This document shows positions 12,322 through 25,496 of a stretch of DNA of 64,000 nt, in pieces. Both the position numbers and the translations under genes were made by a program. The notes under the pieces were generated by a model. That model ran no database searches and had not been told where the DNA came from. It was given only the letters and a program-made list of their open reading frames with translations. Position 1 is the stretch's first letter, and the number at the start of each line of letters is the position of its first letter. The stretch covers positions 25,358,001-25,422,000 of the forward strand of contig NC_043001.1 in the NCBI RefSeq assembly GCF_006345805.1. The letters are read 5' to 3'. The DNA is from Octopus sinensis (lineage: Eukaryota).

Positions 12322-12558
12322 TATTTCTTATTTCTGTATTGCCCACAAGAGGCTAAACATAGAGGGACAAACAAGGACAGACAAAGGGATTAAGTCGATT
12401 ATATTGACCCCAGTGCATAACTGGTACTTATTTAATCGACCCTGAAAGGATGACAGACTAAGTCGACCTTGGCAGAATTTGAACTCAGAACATAGCGGCA
12501 GACGAAATACCACTAAGAATTTCGCCCGGTGTGCTAACGATTCTGCCAGCTCACCGCC
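12322..12558 (-). mobile_element. SINE family B
   Basis: Homologous to 493-720; flanking direct repeat TATATATTTCT. Confidence 0.9.
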
Positions 12559-13731
12559 TATATATTTCTATTGTCCTTTAGTTGTTTAGTTCTAATGAAT
12601 GAATGCCCATAAATGCATGGATCAATTTACATAATATTGCATTTTTTAAAATTAATTACTTGTAATGTAATCTAGTTATTCCTACCTAGAAAGGGTATTT
12701 TATTCATTTATCAAACAAAAACTAGGCAACATTTACTAATACTAAGAAAACAACCATTTCAAAGTATCGCTTCTTATGAATCTCATACTTCAGCAAAGCT
12801 TCCCGTGGCTCCTTCCTGGTAAAGATACTTGTAACATTCATGTCTTCTTCGGTTGCATTAGTAATGTAAGTTGAATAAAATAGTTGAAACTGAGAACCAA
12901 CTTTACAGATTTGGCTCACGAGATGCTTACCTTTTTATACTGTAGTGTTTGCTTTGAAAATATGAAATGTTTTTAAAGAACCTGACCATTAAAGGAATCT
13001 TTCACAAGTTCCTTTGTCATTATATTACAGTGTTCTCTTAAAAAAAAAAGCTGTTCTCCTCAAGAGACAGTTGATAAAAATCCATATCTTATGTCAACAC
13101 TTTGAACATTTTTTTGCTTTGAAGAAACTCTATTCCAGAGTAGTGGATGTTGTGTTGATGCAGCTTATATTTCAATGAGAATTAGCCTTGGAAGAATGTC
13201 ACTTTCTCTCAGATGTTTTTTTTCTTTTTACAAGAATAAAGAATCAAGAGTGAAAATAAATACTGATAACCAGATAAGGAAAAATAGAAAAATGCTATCA
13301 AAATAGCACCAAGGCCCAGATAATATAAATGCATTCATAGTAAGTCCATAAAATAAGGTACATGAAAACTATATAGTAATACCATCTCTAAACTGCTCCA
13401 CATTGAAATTGTTTTGTAGCAGTGTGGGAGAAATGTGGACATAAAATAAGTTAATGAATGCCGATAAAAGTCTGAAAGAAACAGAATATATATTGGGGGA
13501 AGAAATAGATTGAAATGGCAAACCCCAGAATAAAAATGTATTTTATGTTATATCTTTTTATGTCCTTTAAATAATGTTTAAAGTAATGTTCTTTAAATAT
13601 CACCATCATCATCATCAACATCACATATCTAATGCTAAGAGTCTTCAATATTTGTCAGTGGGTTGGTAGATACTGTGTTCTCACTAGTTATTACAAACTT
13701 TACTTCCTTGGTTTTTAACACTTTCTTTTAA

Positions 13732-13951
13732 CCCTTTCGTTACCAACCCGGCTGAAACTGGCTCTAGCTCTGACTACAAATGTTTTGTTTTCATAAGTTT
13801 TGAATTAAAATCTTCCACCAAACCTTAGTCACAATTTATGTTCCTATCACTAGCTTAATGATAACTAAGTTATTTTGCTAAATTCTTTGTTAGATCTAAA
13901 GTAATTGAAAGAAACACAGAGCATCTCAAAATAAATACAGTAATGAAAGGG
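13732..13951. mobile_element. piggyBac-type MITE
   Basis: TTAA TSDs (13728-13731, 13952-13955); TIR CCCTTTCGTTAC / GTAATGAAAGGG. Confidence 0.88.
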
Positions 13952-15623
13952 TTAAACAGGACATAGAATGATCTACCAAATGTCTAAATATGCTACAATA
14001 ACTGTTTGTTGAGGTTACTTATTGAGTATTTGTATTAAATTAATTAGAATTTAAATTTTTTTCTTTCAGAATGTCAGGAGAGATAGGTAAAATAAAGTAA
14101 AACAATCTACACTATAAGCTATGTGTAAATAGATCAGCTTGATGTCCATAATCATTTGAATAAGGATGGTTTTCTTTTTCAAAAGAGAGAAGTATTGGTT
14201 AAAGTTCTTAGCATTAGAAAATAACTTTGATCTCTTTAAGTGTACTACCAATTGTCTTCAGGAGAGAATGGTGGCATTAAGCACACTCATCAACAGAAAC
14301 CTCTTAAGAAGTCATTTCTAAAAGCCATGTTATCATTGACTTTTCTCTTGACTAGATATCTTCTACAGAAATGATGTTGATTAATCATAATAAAATATAC
14401 TATGTATGGCAAAGAGTTCTTCTAAAGAAAGAGAGCAAAAAATACATTACATTTATTGTTGTATTTAACATTTTCTTTTTAATTCTTAACAATTTCTTTT
14501 TCTTTCTTTCTTTTTTTTTTCTTTTTTGTTCTTTCAATCAAAACTGCCCATAAATTGACCTTTTGCAAGTGTAACTTAAATTGGTATTTAATTTCAATGG
14601 AAATGACTGTCAGTAAATACTGCTTTATTAAAATGAAACAGACCCGACTGCTCTGAAAGAAAATCTTGTTTTTAAGAATTTCTCTTAAGATGTATATCAG
14701 AATTCCTCTTTCAGCATCAAATTATTTTTGAAAGTAACACATTACAGTGAATTAATTCACTGAACCTTTGAGTCTTACACAAAGATAACAGATCAAACTG
14801 TCCTACATAGGATATTTTACCTATTAATCAACATCACACCTGTACAGAACATCTAAGCAAACTCGTAATGATTATGATATTGTTGGTTGTGGTTTCCTGA
14901 GACATTTCAGTTGATGGGTGCTTTTAATGTCACTATTCTTTCATCTGCAAAATGAAGACAATTGATAGAACATCTGAATGAGAGAAAAGTTACTTTGTCC
15001 AGTGAAAAACTTTAGCAGCACTTTCTCTCTCTTAAAAAAGAAAACCTCTCTTAATCAGACAATGATGAACATTGTGTTGAACTGTATACAGACAGCCGAC
15101 TATGTAGCTTGTGTTATTTCATTTTCCCCTCTTTCCTCCACTCTTTGAAACAAAATTCTTCTCATAAAATTAAACTAACATCTCAGTATAGCATAGAATT
15201 GATTAACAGATATCAAGCAAAATTCTTATGTAAGTTAGTTCTGAAATCTCAAGTAATTAAGAATACTTTGCAAAAAAGTTAATATACATAGAATCATTGA
15301 CCCATAAGTTAGCTGAAAGTTTTGAGAAAATTCTCAGAAAATTCAGAAAGGAACTATAAAAATTTGGTTTCATTTCCATCATGGTGATCATCATCATCGT
15401 TTTTAACATCCACTTTTCCATGCTTGCATGAGTTGGATCGAGTTTGGGGCAGATTTTCTATAGCTGGATACCTTTCCTGTTACCAACTTTTAATTGTTTC
15501 CAAGCAAGATATTATTTCACCATGGCCAGACATGTTTTTGCAGAATATTGGAAATGAATGACATTCATTTCCAGCAGTCATACAATGTCAGGATAGAGAC
15601 AAACATTATCATTATCATATATA

Positions 15624-15659
<36 letters not shown>

Positions 15660-18221
15660 ATGTATGTGCACATGCACACACACACACACAATGGGCTTCT
15701 TTTAGTTCCATCTACCAAATCCTCTCATAAGGCTTTGGTCAGTCTGGGACTAGAGTAGCAGACACTTGCCCAGAGTGCTACAAAGTGGTCTGAGCCTGAC
15801 ATCATGTGATTAGGAAATGAATTTCTCCAAGACAAACCATACCTATAATTATTGTTTAACATTCATTTTTCCATGCTGGCTGGCATGGGTTGGACGGTTT
15901 GACTGAGGTCTGGAAAGCAAGCGGCCGCACCAGGCTCCAATCTGATCTGGCAGAGTTTCTACAGCTGGATGCCCTTCCTAACGCCAACCACCCCGAGAAT
16001 GTAGTAGGTGCTTTTTACATGCCACCAGCACAGGAGCCAGTCAGGCAGGCTTGGCATTGATCACGTTCGGATATATTTATAATTGCATGAATCTGGTGAT
16101 TCTCACATCATACTCAGTTTTTGCTCAGTGTGAATTTCTATTGCATGTAAGGTCTCACTGAATTAATTACTAGTTTCGTACAAATAAATATACTCTACAA
16201 CCTGTACAGGGTGCTTTTCATTACATTTGCAGAAAAAAAACAACAAAAAATTCCAAAACATGTGTTTTTGTATTCATTTGTTTATTCATTCAATGTCCCT
16301 TTTTTTCTTGCAAGTGCCCTTGAGTGAGAGGGATTTCGCTACCTAACCAGCTAACAAAAAAATGCTCATTTTGATTTATTTACTCTAAGTAAGAGGAGTT
16401 ATGTTCATAGCTTTTGTAGGCTTTCTCAGACTAACAATATTGATACAGTTAATGTTTAATCGTAACTTTTGCAAGATGACACCTCTAGGGAAAGCCTAGA
16501 CAAGGAAATTGCTCCAGAGAACTGCAGTTCTGGCAAAAAAGGATTGGTTAAAATGTCTAAACAGGATTTGGGGGAAAGGATGTTGAAGACCTGCTGAGAA
16601 AGTGTGATGCATCTTCAGGGTACACAGCTTGCTAGCTCAGGAGAGCAGGAAGTGTTGTACTCTCTCAGTAAAAGAGATAGCATGTTGAATGAATATAAGC
16701 TTGCATTTTACTTGGTAGAACTATTTTTATGGTTCTAGAATGTTTGTGTAGTCCTTTACTGCAAATCACATTTATGTCCTGTAAAGGATTTTTTTTTAAA
16801 TATTAAAACTATCCTGAAGAAAACTTATACTTTTAGATGTCGTTTTGGTTATGTTATAGAAATGTAGCTGCCATGGAAGACAGCAGAAATTGTGTTGTCT
16901 AAACTTTTAATAATTTGGTGAAAGTTTTAGTTGTGTGTTGTTCATGAATTAGACAAATGTTGCTGGTGTGTCGCCTCAATATCCGTATTAACTGCATCTT
17001 TATGCTATTGGATGACACTAAGTTGTTATTACAAGAAATCTTCAAGATTTTGTTCAAAGAGCTACTAACAGCGTAAAAGAAGAAATTTGAAATTGTAGCA
17101 AGAAGGCTGAAGGAAAATAAATTACTGCAGGCCCAACGAAGCTGTGTGTATATGTGTGTGTGTATGCAAAGCGTCTGTTAGTTTCTTATATTTGAATACA
17201 GTAGCTGTTTAATCAGAGTGACAACACATATTTTAATTTTCCTTTAAAGATTTAGTTCCTTTAATCAGTTTTTTTTTGTGAAACTCTTAAATATATTTTG
17301 TATCTAAGAAGAAAAAATACTTTCATTCAGTAAAAATATCCAGATCTCTTTGATAATAAAAAATAGGTTTGTAGGAGGGAAAATCTGTGGTTTTAATTTC
17401 ATTTCATTCAGCTGTGTAAAGCTATCCAGTTGAGTGACAGCTATGAAATTCAGCTACATTATATCCGTAAGCGAACAATCTGCGGTTTCATTCAGTTTTA
17501 AGCTGTGGTTACTTTATTTTTATGAGTTATGTCTGGAAGATAGGGTTGTGTTTGTAATTTTCACAACTCTAAGGCTAATGGGGTTTATGCCATCATTTTC
17601 CCACTTAAACTGTTGCAAATCAATGACTGCAGGAAAAATATGTGCAGAGAAGGAAATTCCAGGGAGTCAATGTTTTGGAGTGATTAGTACTGGGTTTGCG
17701 GGCTTGGGTACAGCATGGATGCATCAGAGAAAGGTGATCAGATGCATGGAATGAAAGGGGTTAGTTTTGGAGATAAATCATATGTGAACAATGTGTATCA
17801 ACCATGAATCCTTCAAGGAATGTTAAGTTTGTTGATTTTTTTCTTTGAAAAATAAGTTTATTAGCTTCAGTTGTGTTGTTCATATTGAATAAATTGTATA
17901 TTTTCCTGTTGGGTATGTTCTGAAAAATGTCATTTATTTGAAAATACTACACATTTAATAAAAGGAACATAATAGATAATTACGAAGAAATTTAATTATT
18001 TTATTGGATAATGATGGATCTATTTATGCTGGATGCTAGTATAAATTATCCATCTAACTTTTCATCCAAACATCTTTTATAAATTTATACGATTAAAACA
18101 AAATTAAAGATGATTGTAATTACATATTTTTATTATTAATTCCTGTAAAGAGCAATAAACCCATTAATTGTTGAGGCCATTCTGTTAAGACAAAATATGA
18201 TTGATGCTATGATTGTTTTAA

Positions 18222-18337
18222 CCCCTTTAAATCTTTAGAAAGAAAAGAGATTTCTTTTTAATTTGACTTCTCTTATTTCTTTTGAAATATGAGAAGTCAA
18301 ATGAAAAATCTATTTTCTTTCGAGATGTTTAAAAGGG
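18222..18337. mobile_element. Small piggyBac-like foldback MITE
   Basis: TTAA-CCC ... GGG-TTA(G) ends; interior is self-complementary (atttgacttctc / gagaagtcaaat). Confidence 0.6.
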
Positions 18338-18490
18338 TTAGAACAAATAATAAAGGGCAACATCAATAATGTTACAAAGTTGGAACCAGAATACATTCAA
18401 GGACGACAAAGTCAATAACTACGATTATTTTCTTTGATTACTTTGGGGATTTTTCCTTTCTAATTGTTTCTTTGTTAGTTATTCTCAAAT

Positions 18491-18872
18491 GGGAGGCGCA
18501 ATGGCCCAGTGGTTAGGGCAGCAGACTCGCAGTCGTAGGATCGCTGTTTCGATTCCCAGACTGGGCGTTGTGAGTCTTTATTGAGCGAAAACACCTAAAG
18601 CTCCACGAGCCTCCGGCAGGGGATGGTGGTGATCCCTGCTGTACTCTTTCGCCACAACTTTCTCTCACTCTTACTTCCTGTTTCTGTTGTACCTGTATTT
18701 CAAGGGGCCGGCCTTGTCACTCTCTGTGTCACGCTGAATATCCCCGAGAACTACATTAAGGGTACACGTGTCTGTGGAGTGCTCAGCCACTTACACGTTA
18801 ATTTCACGAGCAGGCTGTTCCGTTGATTGGATCAACCAGAACCCTCATCGTCGTAACCGATGGAGTGCTTCC
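18491..18872 (+). mobile_element. tRNA-derived SINE, family D (~380 bp)
   Basis: A-box TGGCCCAGTGG and B-box GTTTCGATTCC; 3' half shared with 38835-39157. Confidence 0.85.
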
Positions 18873-19277
18873 TTTGAAGCATAAATACTTCAACAACCAA
18901 GATCTCTATTTCATTATTAAACTAGATTATTGAAGTAAATGAATAATAGATACATCAAGACCTACTCTGGAACAATAAAGTTTGAATAAGAAAAAAAGCA
19001 ATTTATTTAACTTATCAGCATTGTAAATTGATGCAAATGCTTGAGCTGAATTATTAAATTGTTTTATTCAATTCTATTATTTCCTTTTTTTCTTAATCAC
19101 AACCAGAGATTTCTTGTAACAACTCCACTCCAAATACATGAGCAATATTCTATAGTGGATCACACTGACTTCTTGAGAATCCCCATTTGTTTAGAACTGA
19201 AGTAAAGCCATGCTTAGGTGCACAAATGTAATAGAATTCTGAAATTTCTCTAAGAGATCAATGCAGTGGTTGTACTA

Positions 19278-19475
19278 ACAAGTAATGTTCATAGCCAATT
19301 CAACATGACTGTCCAGTCAAAGAGACTTTACTGCAATTTTTTAACCCCAAGACGCCATCTCCTCTAGCTGTGCATCGTTAACCAGCTAGGGGAGATGTCC
19401 TCTTGGGGCTAAAAAATTTCAGTAAAGTCCATTTGAATGGACAGCCATATTGAAGTGGCTACAAACATTACTTGT
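19278..19475. repeat. 198-bp imperfect palindrome (foldback MITE-like)
   Basis: Arms of about 93 bp (acaagtaatgtt...ctagctg / cagctag...aacattacttgt) with a 12-nt loop. Confidence 0.8.
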
Positions 19476-19690
19476 AATAGAATTGAAATATATTTATATC
19501 CTACTTGGAAATGTTAATACCTGAGAACTGAATGATCTTAATATCAACAGTTCTTTTGCTCCTACTACCTAACATTTATAGCAAAGTATGCTTTTTATAA
19601 ACTTTAGATTAAGATTTGCATTCATTAAAAATCAAACCATTTTACACACTTCAGAAATAAAGAAACTCATTTTGATACTAAAATCAAAAT

Positions 19691-19735
<45 letters not shown>

Positions 19736-19992
19736 CATCATCATCATCATCTGTTTTCTATGCTGGCATGGGTTGGACAGTTTGACAGGTACTGGCAAAC
19801 CAGGGAGCTGCACCAGGGTCCAGTTGTCTGTTTCGGCATGGTTTCTACAGCTGGATGCCCTTCCTTATGGCAACCACTTTACAGAGTGTACTGGGTGCTT
19901 TTTACATGACAATTGAAGTCTGGACAGCTTTACATCAAACTATCCAACCCATGCCAGCATGGAAAACGGATCTTAAATGATGATGATGTATG

Positions 19993-20030
<38 letters not shown>

Positions 20031-20164
20031 TGACTGAATGTATGTATGAATGAATGAATGTATGTATGTTTGTATCTATGTATTAATGTAAGTATATGTA
20101 TGCATGAATTAATGAATGCATATATGTATGTGTGAATGTGTATATGTTTGTATGACTAAATATA

Positions 20165-20393
20165 TTTATTTATTGCCTACAAGGGGCTAAACATAGAGGG
20201 GACAAACAAGGACAGACAAAGGGATTAAGTCGATTACATCGACCCCAGTGCATAACTGGTACTTAATTTATCGACCCCAAAAGGATGAAAGGCAAAGTTG
20301 ACTCGATGGAATTTGAACTCACTACGTAACAGCAGACGAAATACAGCTACGCATTTTGCCCAGCGTGCTAACATTTCTGCTAGCTCACTGCCT
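20165..20393 (-). mobile_element. SINE family B
   Basis: Homology to other B copies over the full length. Confidence 0.85.
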
Positions 20394-20984
20394 TGTATGA
20401 ATATATATGTACATATGGAGAAAGAGAGAGAATCAAAGGTAAAATGTTTTCAAAGATATTCTTTCAAGTTGTGCAATATATAATATGTAGTTTTGATGAC
20501 ATAATCGTCTTAATTCCATGGAAAGTTATTGGTTTGAAAAATCATTGCCTGGAGATTCAATATAATCAATACCGTCTTCACAGAGGAATTTCTGCCAGTT
20601 TTCAAAGATAAATCATTTATTTCAATAACTGATTTTCTTTTTTTTTTTTTGCAATTGGATTCTTAATTATTACAAAATTTAAAGTAGTCTAAATATTTAT
20701 GTAAAATACTTTCTTAATGAATTTGTCTACATTTATCAGATCAAATATAAAATTTACGAATAGATGTTTTAATCAAGTAAAGAATTTTGGGGAAAAAAAA
20801 ATCAAATAAATATAATTAACTTTGGTTTGTTGTCCATTACTTCCTGATTAATATAAGTTTAATAATAATTTTGCTATGTCTATTTCCTAAAGTAGTATAT
20901 TCAATTTATTATGCTTAGCCTGTCCATAAAATAGGATATAAAACCAATAAGTACATTTTTATGGAAGTATTTTTTTTTTAATTC

Positions 20985-22884
20985 TTGGTGCAAGCATGGC
21001 TGTGTGGTAAGAAGTTTATTTCCCAATTATATGGTAATTGGGAAGTAAATTACCATATAATTTATTTATATGGTAATTTAAGTAAATTATATGGTCCCAC
21101 TGTGTGGCACCTTGAGCAAGTATCTTCTACCATAGTCGGAGCCAACCATAGCTTTGTGAGTGGGTTTGGTAGACAGAAACTGAAGGAAGCCCAATGTATA
21201 TGTGTGTTTGTGATCATGTTTGTCACCCCCACCATTGTTTGACAACTGATGTTAGCTTGTTTACATCTCTGTGGTTTAGCATCTACAAAAGAAACTAAAT
21301 AGAATAAGTACTAGGCTTTAAATATAGTACCAGGGTGGATTTGTTTGACTAAATCTTCAAGACAATGCCCCAACATGGCTGCAGTCCAATACCTGAAGCA
21401 AGTAAAAGATCATGAAGAAGTCTGTACATATCTTTAAAGTTGTGTATAATATTTATATCTATTTTAGTTTTATTTTCTTCCAAAAATCTAACTTCTTACT
21501 ATTTTATTAACATATTTTAATATTTCTTAAAGGGTTTCCTTTATCTGTCTTTCATAAAATAACTATACACCAATGCAAAATATAAAGCTCTACATATATA
21601 TTTATACTAAACATTGTCAACTTCGACCTTGAAAATAAGTATCTATGAGTACACTCATTGTGATCATTTAATACAATGTTTTCCTGTGGGGGGAAAAAAA
21701 AGTATTGAAGTTTACTTACGTAGAAAGACATAAAAAAGAACTTTCATTTCTATTGATTTCAGTCTTTGGACCACCTTCAGGGGTTTCAATTAATTATGTC
21801 AACCCAGTACTTTGCCTGGGTGTAAGAAGTTTACTTCCCAACCACATGGTTTCGGGTTCAGTTCCACTATATGGCATCTTGGGCAAATGTCTTCTATTAT
21901 AACCTCGGGCCAACCAAGGCCATGTGAGTGGATTTGGTAGATGGAAGCTGAAAGAAACCCATTGTGTGTGTGTATATATATATATATATATCTGTGTGTG
22001 TGTCTTTGTATGTGTGTTTTTTTCCACCACCACTGCTTGAAAACCAGTGTTGGTGTGTTTGCATCCCCATAACTTAGCAGTTCAGCAAGAGAGACTAAAA
22101 GAATAAGTACCAGGCTTTAAAAAATAAGTACTGGGGTCGATTCATTTGACTAAAAATTCAAGGTGGTGCCCCAGCATGGACGCAGTCTAATGACTGGAAC
22201 AAGTAAAAGATAAGATAAAAGATATATGCCTTTCATGAACCCTAGAACTCTTGAGACCAGACTTTAACCTGGTTTCCACGATATATAACTGAGATTTCAA
22301 AATTCCTTAAATGTTCATTTACAGATGAGTGGAATGGAGCAATGTGAAAGAAGTGTTTTCATCAAGAACACAACACAGAGCCCAATCTAGGAATTGAAAT
22401 CATGCTCTTGTGATTGTGAGTGTAACACCCGAACCACTAGGCCAGGTCCCCTCATATGTATATATAGAAAAAAAAACTTAAAATAACATTGGTGCAAGAG
22501 TGCTTACAAACCACATGGCTCCAGGTTCAGTCCCTCTGCTTTGCACCTTGGGCAAGTGTCTTCTGCTATAGCCTCGGGCCAACCAAAGCCTTGTGAGTGG
22601 ATTTGGTAGATGGAAACTGAAAGAACCCCGTCTTATATATATATAAATATATACATGTATATATCTATATATATATATACGCATATATATATATGTGTGT
22701 GTATGTTTGTCTCCCGATGACAACCGATGCTGGTGTGTTTACATCCCCGTAACTTAGCGGTTCAGCAAAAGAGACCAATAGAATAAGTACTAGGCTTACA
22801 AAGAATAAGTCCTGGGGTCGATTTGCTTTACTAAAGGCAGTGCTCCAGCATGGCCACAGTCAAATGATTGAAACAAGTAAAAGT
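20985..22884 (+). mobile_element. Cluster of three family-A SINEs (~20985-21410, ~21814-22220, ~22488-22884) plus a family-E fragment (~22295-22450, minus)
   Basis: Each copy shows the family-A head, central gtgagtggatttggtaga motif and tail. Confidence 0.8.
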
Positions 22885-23542
22885 GTAAGCATTTTATCAT
22901 TATTAATAATAATTGATTGTTGTAGCAAAAAAAGTAACTTACCGCAGCAAAGGCAGATGGCAAAAATATAAACAACTCCTTTTAATACCGTCATATTGAT
23001 AGCAGTTTGTTCTTCTGGTGGTAATCTTTGACTTTTCAACTTAAGCAACTTAAGATGTTCTTGTTTGTTAAGCTACTCACCTGATTCCAATATTGCAATG
23101 GTACTCTGCGACTGCATTCAATAAACATCATACTCAAACTGCAGGTATTTTCCGGATATGCTACTTGGGTTTTTATTTGACTACAAGGAATGTGACTCCC
23201 GCAAGTGGTCTTTTTTTGTTTGGGGACAAATATTTACCAACCCTGTTCATATAGGAATAAAACATTTCCAACAAAACTCCGATCCCTTTGTAAATATTAT
23301 CTCTGACTCACTTTTACTTCAGCTTGCCTTGGGTCCCTAACAGTATTAACTTCCCAACACTAAACTTAACATTCTTCAACTGACATTTAATGCAAAATGT
23401 ATCCTGTAAAGCCGTTGCCCTTGTCAAAGTCTATTTGTCCTGTCTTTTCTCATAAATCAATTTTGAAATTGATTTGTTCAAGAAAATGTTTTTTTTTTTC
23501 TTTTTTCTCCTTTTAAAAAAATTTTTTTTTTTTTTTTTTCAG

Positions 23543-23745
23543 AATGAACTATTTCTACTGGTTACTGATCAAGGTTTCTTGAATGAATGCAACGTGGTTT
23601 GGGAAACATTGTCCAGTGTTGAAGGAGACTGTTATTTTGTTGACACATCATTCCACACTTATACCAAGCCTGATTCTGCATCTTCCACCACTGCTGTCAC
23701 ACCTCCACTTGTGCCAATAGGCTCTGATCAACAAATTGACCAAGA
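23543..23745 (+). CDS. MINDY1/2: MINDY1/2-family deubiquitinase, internal exon (end of catalytic domain)
   Basis: Poly-T+AG acceptor and GTAAGT donor, phase 0 to 2. Translates NELFLLVTDQGFLNECNVVWETLSSVEGDCYFVDTSF...QIDQ(D), matching the remembered human MINDY1 segment HLYLLVTDQGFLQEEQVVWESLHNVDGDSCFCDSDF...QVDQD. Confidence 0.95.
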
Positions 23746-25082
23746 GTAAGTTCTTTTTTTTTCTTCTCCTTCAGTAAATTTATTCTGGTCAAGCATTGCA
23801 CGAAAGGAGACACACTTCTAGACTTCAGCAAACAACAATGGAAATTGACTTTGCTAAGTTGTTAGAAAGTCGTTCTTTTTTTTTTACTTACTATTGAACT
23901 ACACTTTCATATCTTTGTTTAAACTATCTTCAAGCATTAGTAATCAACAATTTAAAAGAAAAATCTGTGAATCTGCTTAATAAACAAAATATGCTAGTTA
24001 TATTCAAGTTTGTTCACCTGGTAAATTTGAATTTAGTTTTGGCACTTTGAGATAATGATTAATGAATTAATAATTCATCAAGTAAGGATAGTTAAATTGA
24101 ATTTTCATTGTCTATATTTCAGTATGTTTGTAGATATTTTGTTCAGTAGCTATGATACAGTGGTAAATTTTTAGCTATTATAATTATATTATAATGGTAA
24201 GATGTTATTTTTTTTCAAAGCTTCTTATATCCTCCAACTTACAAAGTTTGTCAAATATTTGTGTAAATTGCTCAACAATTTCTAACAAAACTATATTTTT
24301 CAATGCCAGTTTTCATGTCACATATATTTAACATTTGTTATTCTTCACAAGTTTCCCTCTCTCTCTTTCGGAGAGGCACTGAGCAGCTATACGCACACAT
24401 ACACACATGGCAGTAACTTCCGCCTACCGAATTCAATCACAAAGCTTCGGTTGGCTTGGGGCTATAGTGGAAGACACCTACCCAAAGTGCCACGCAGTGG
24501 GACTGAACCCGAAACCATGTAGCTAGGAAGCAAGCTCCCTAACCACACAGCCATGCCCGCGCCTACTAAAAATGTATGTATATATACGCAGCGCTATGTG
24601 TGTGGCAAGTTTTCTATGGCTGGATGCCCTTTCTGACACCAACCCCCACTTGTTGCCAGTGAAAAGAATCTTTAAAGAAAGGCTATTTTTTTGTTAACTT
24701 CTGAATCCAACTAAGTTCATCTGAATCCAACTAAGTTCAAATTATTGAGATCTACTGAGCCAGTGCTCAGCTCCATACAAAGTGCTGGCATATAACTAAA
24801 TAACTTCACTGGAAAACTTAACACTTAGCTAATATTTTTTCTAATAACCACATCTAACCTAACTGTGGAAATTATGAAACCCATGTTTTTATTATTGAAA
24901 TGTGTGATCATTGTTCTTTATACTTAAACTATCAAATAACTTGTAGTTAAGTGACCTGGGAAAATTTAAGTATTCTATCCCAAACACAAAACACCTCTTA
25001 AGTGGTTATTGTATCCTTGTAAGCAGATTTTTGACAACCAAATAGCCTTAATTTGTGTATGCTCTCAGCTATACTCTTTTAC

Positions 25083-25480
25083 TCTCTCATTTACTTGTTT
25101 CAGTCATTTGACTGTGGCCATGCTGGAGCACCGCCTTTAATCGAGCAACTCGACCCCGGGACTTATTCTTTGTAAGCCCAGTACTTATTCTATTGGTCTC
25201 TTTTGCCGAACCGCTAAGTGACGGGGACATAAACACACTAGCATCAGTTGTCAAGCAATGCTAGGGGGACAAACACAAACATACACGCACACACATATAC
25301 ATATATATATACATATTTACAACGGGCTTCTTTCAGTTTCCGTCTACCAAATCCACTCACAAGGCTTTGGTCGGCCCGAGGCTATAGTAGAAGACACTTG
25401 CCCAAGGTGCCACGCAGTGGGACTGACCCGGAACCACGTGGTTGGTAAGCAAGCTACTTACCACACAGCCACTCCTGCGC
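25083..25480 (-). mobile_element. SINE family A
   Basis: Near-consensus full-length reverse copy. Confidence 0.9.
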
Positions 25481-25496
25481 TATGTGTGTGTTCAGT

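Noticed and set aside
12744-12762. AACAACCATTTC (NNHF) resembling the MINDY catalytic FFRNNHF
   Set aside because: Preceded in frame by TAA and no FFR; chance match.
12722-12919. Minus ORF containing EPREALLKYE, reminiscent of a WDR70/Gad1 C-terminal motif
   Set aside because: Only a short motif; no flanking similarity or exon boundaries.
18491-18565. tRNA-like heads (here and at 31428, 39090-39157 and others) as true tRNA genes
   Set aside because: No complete cloverleaf with acceptor stem; each continues into a SINE body.
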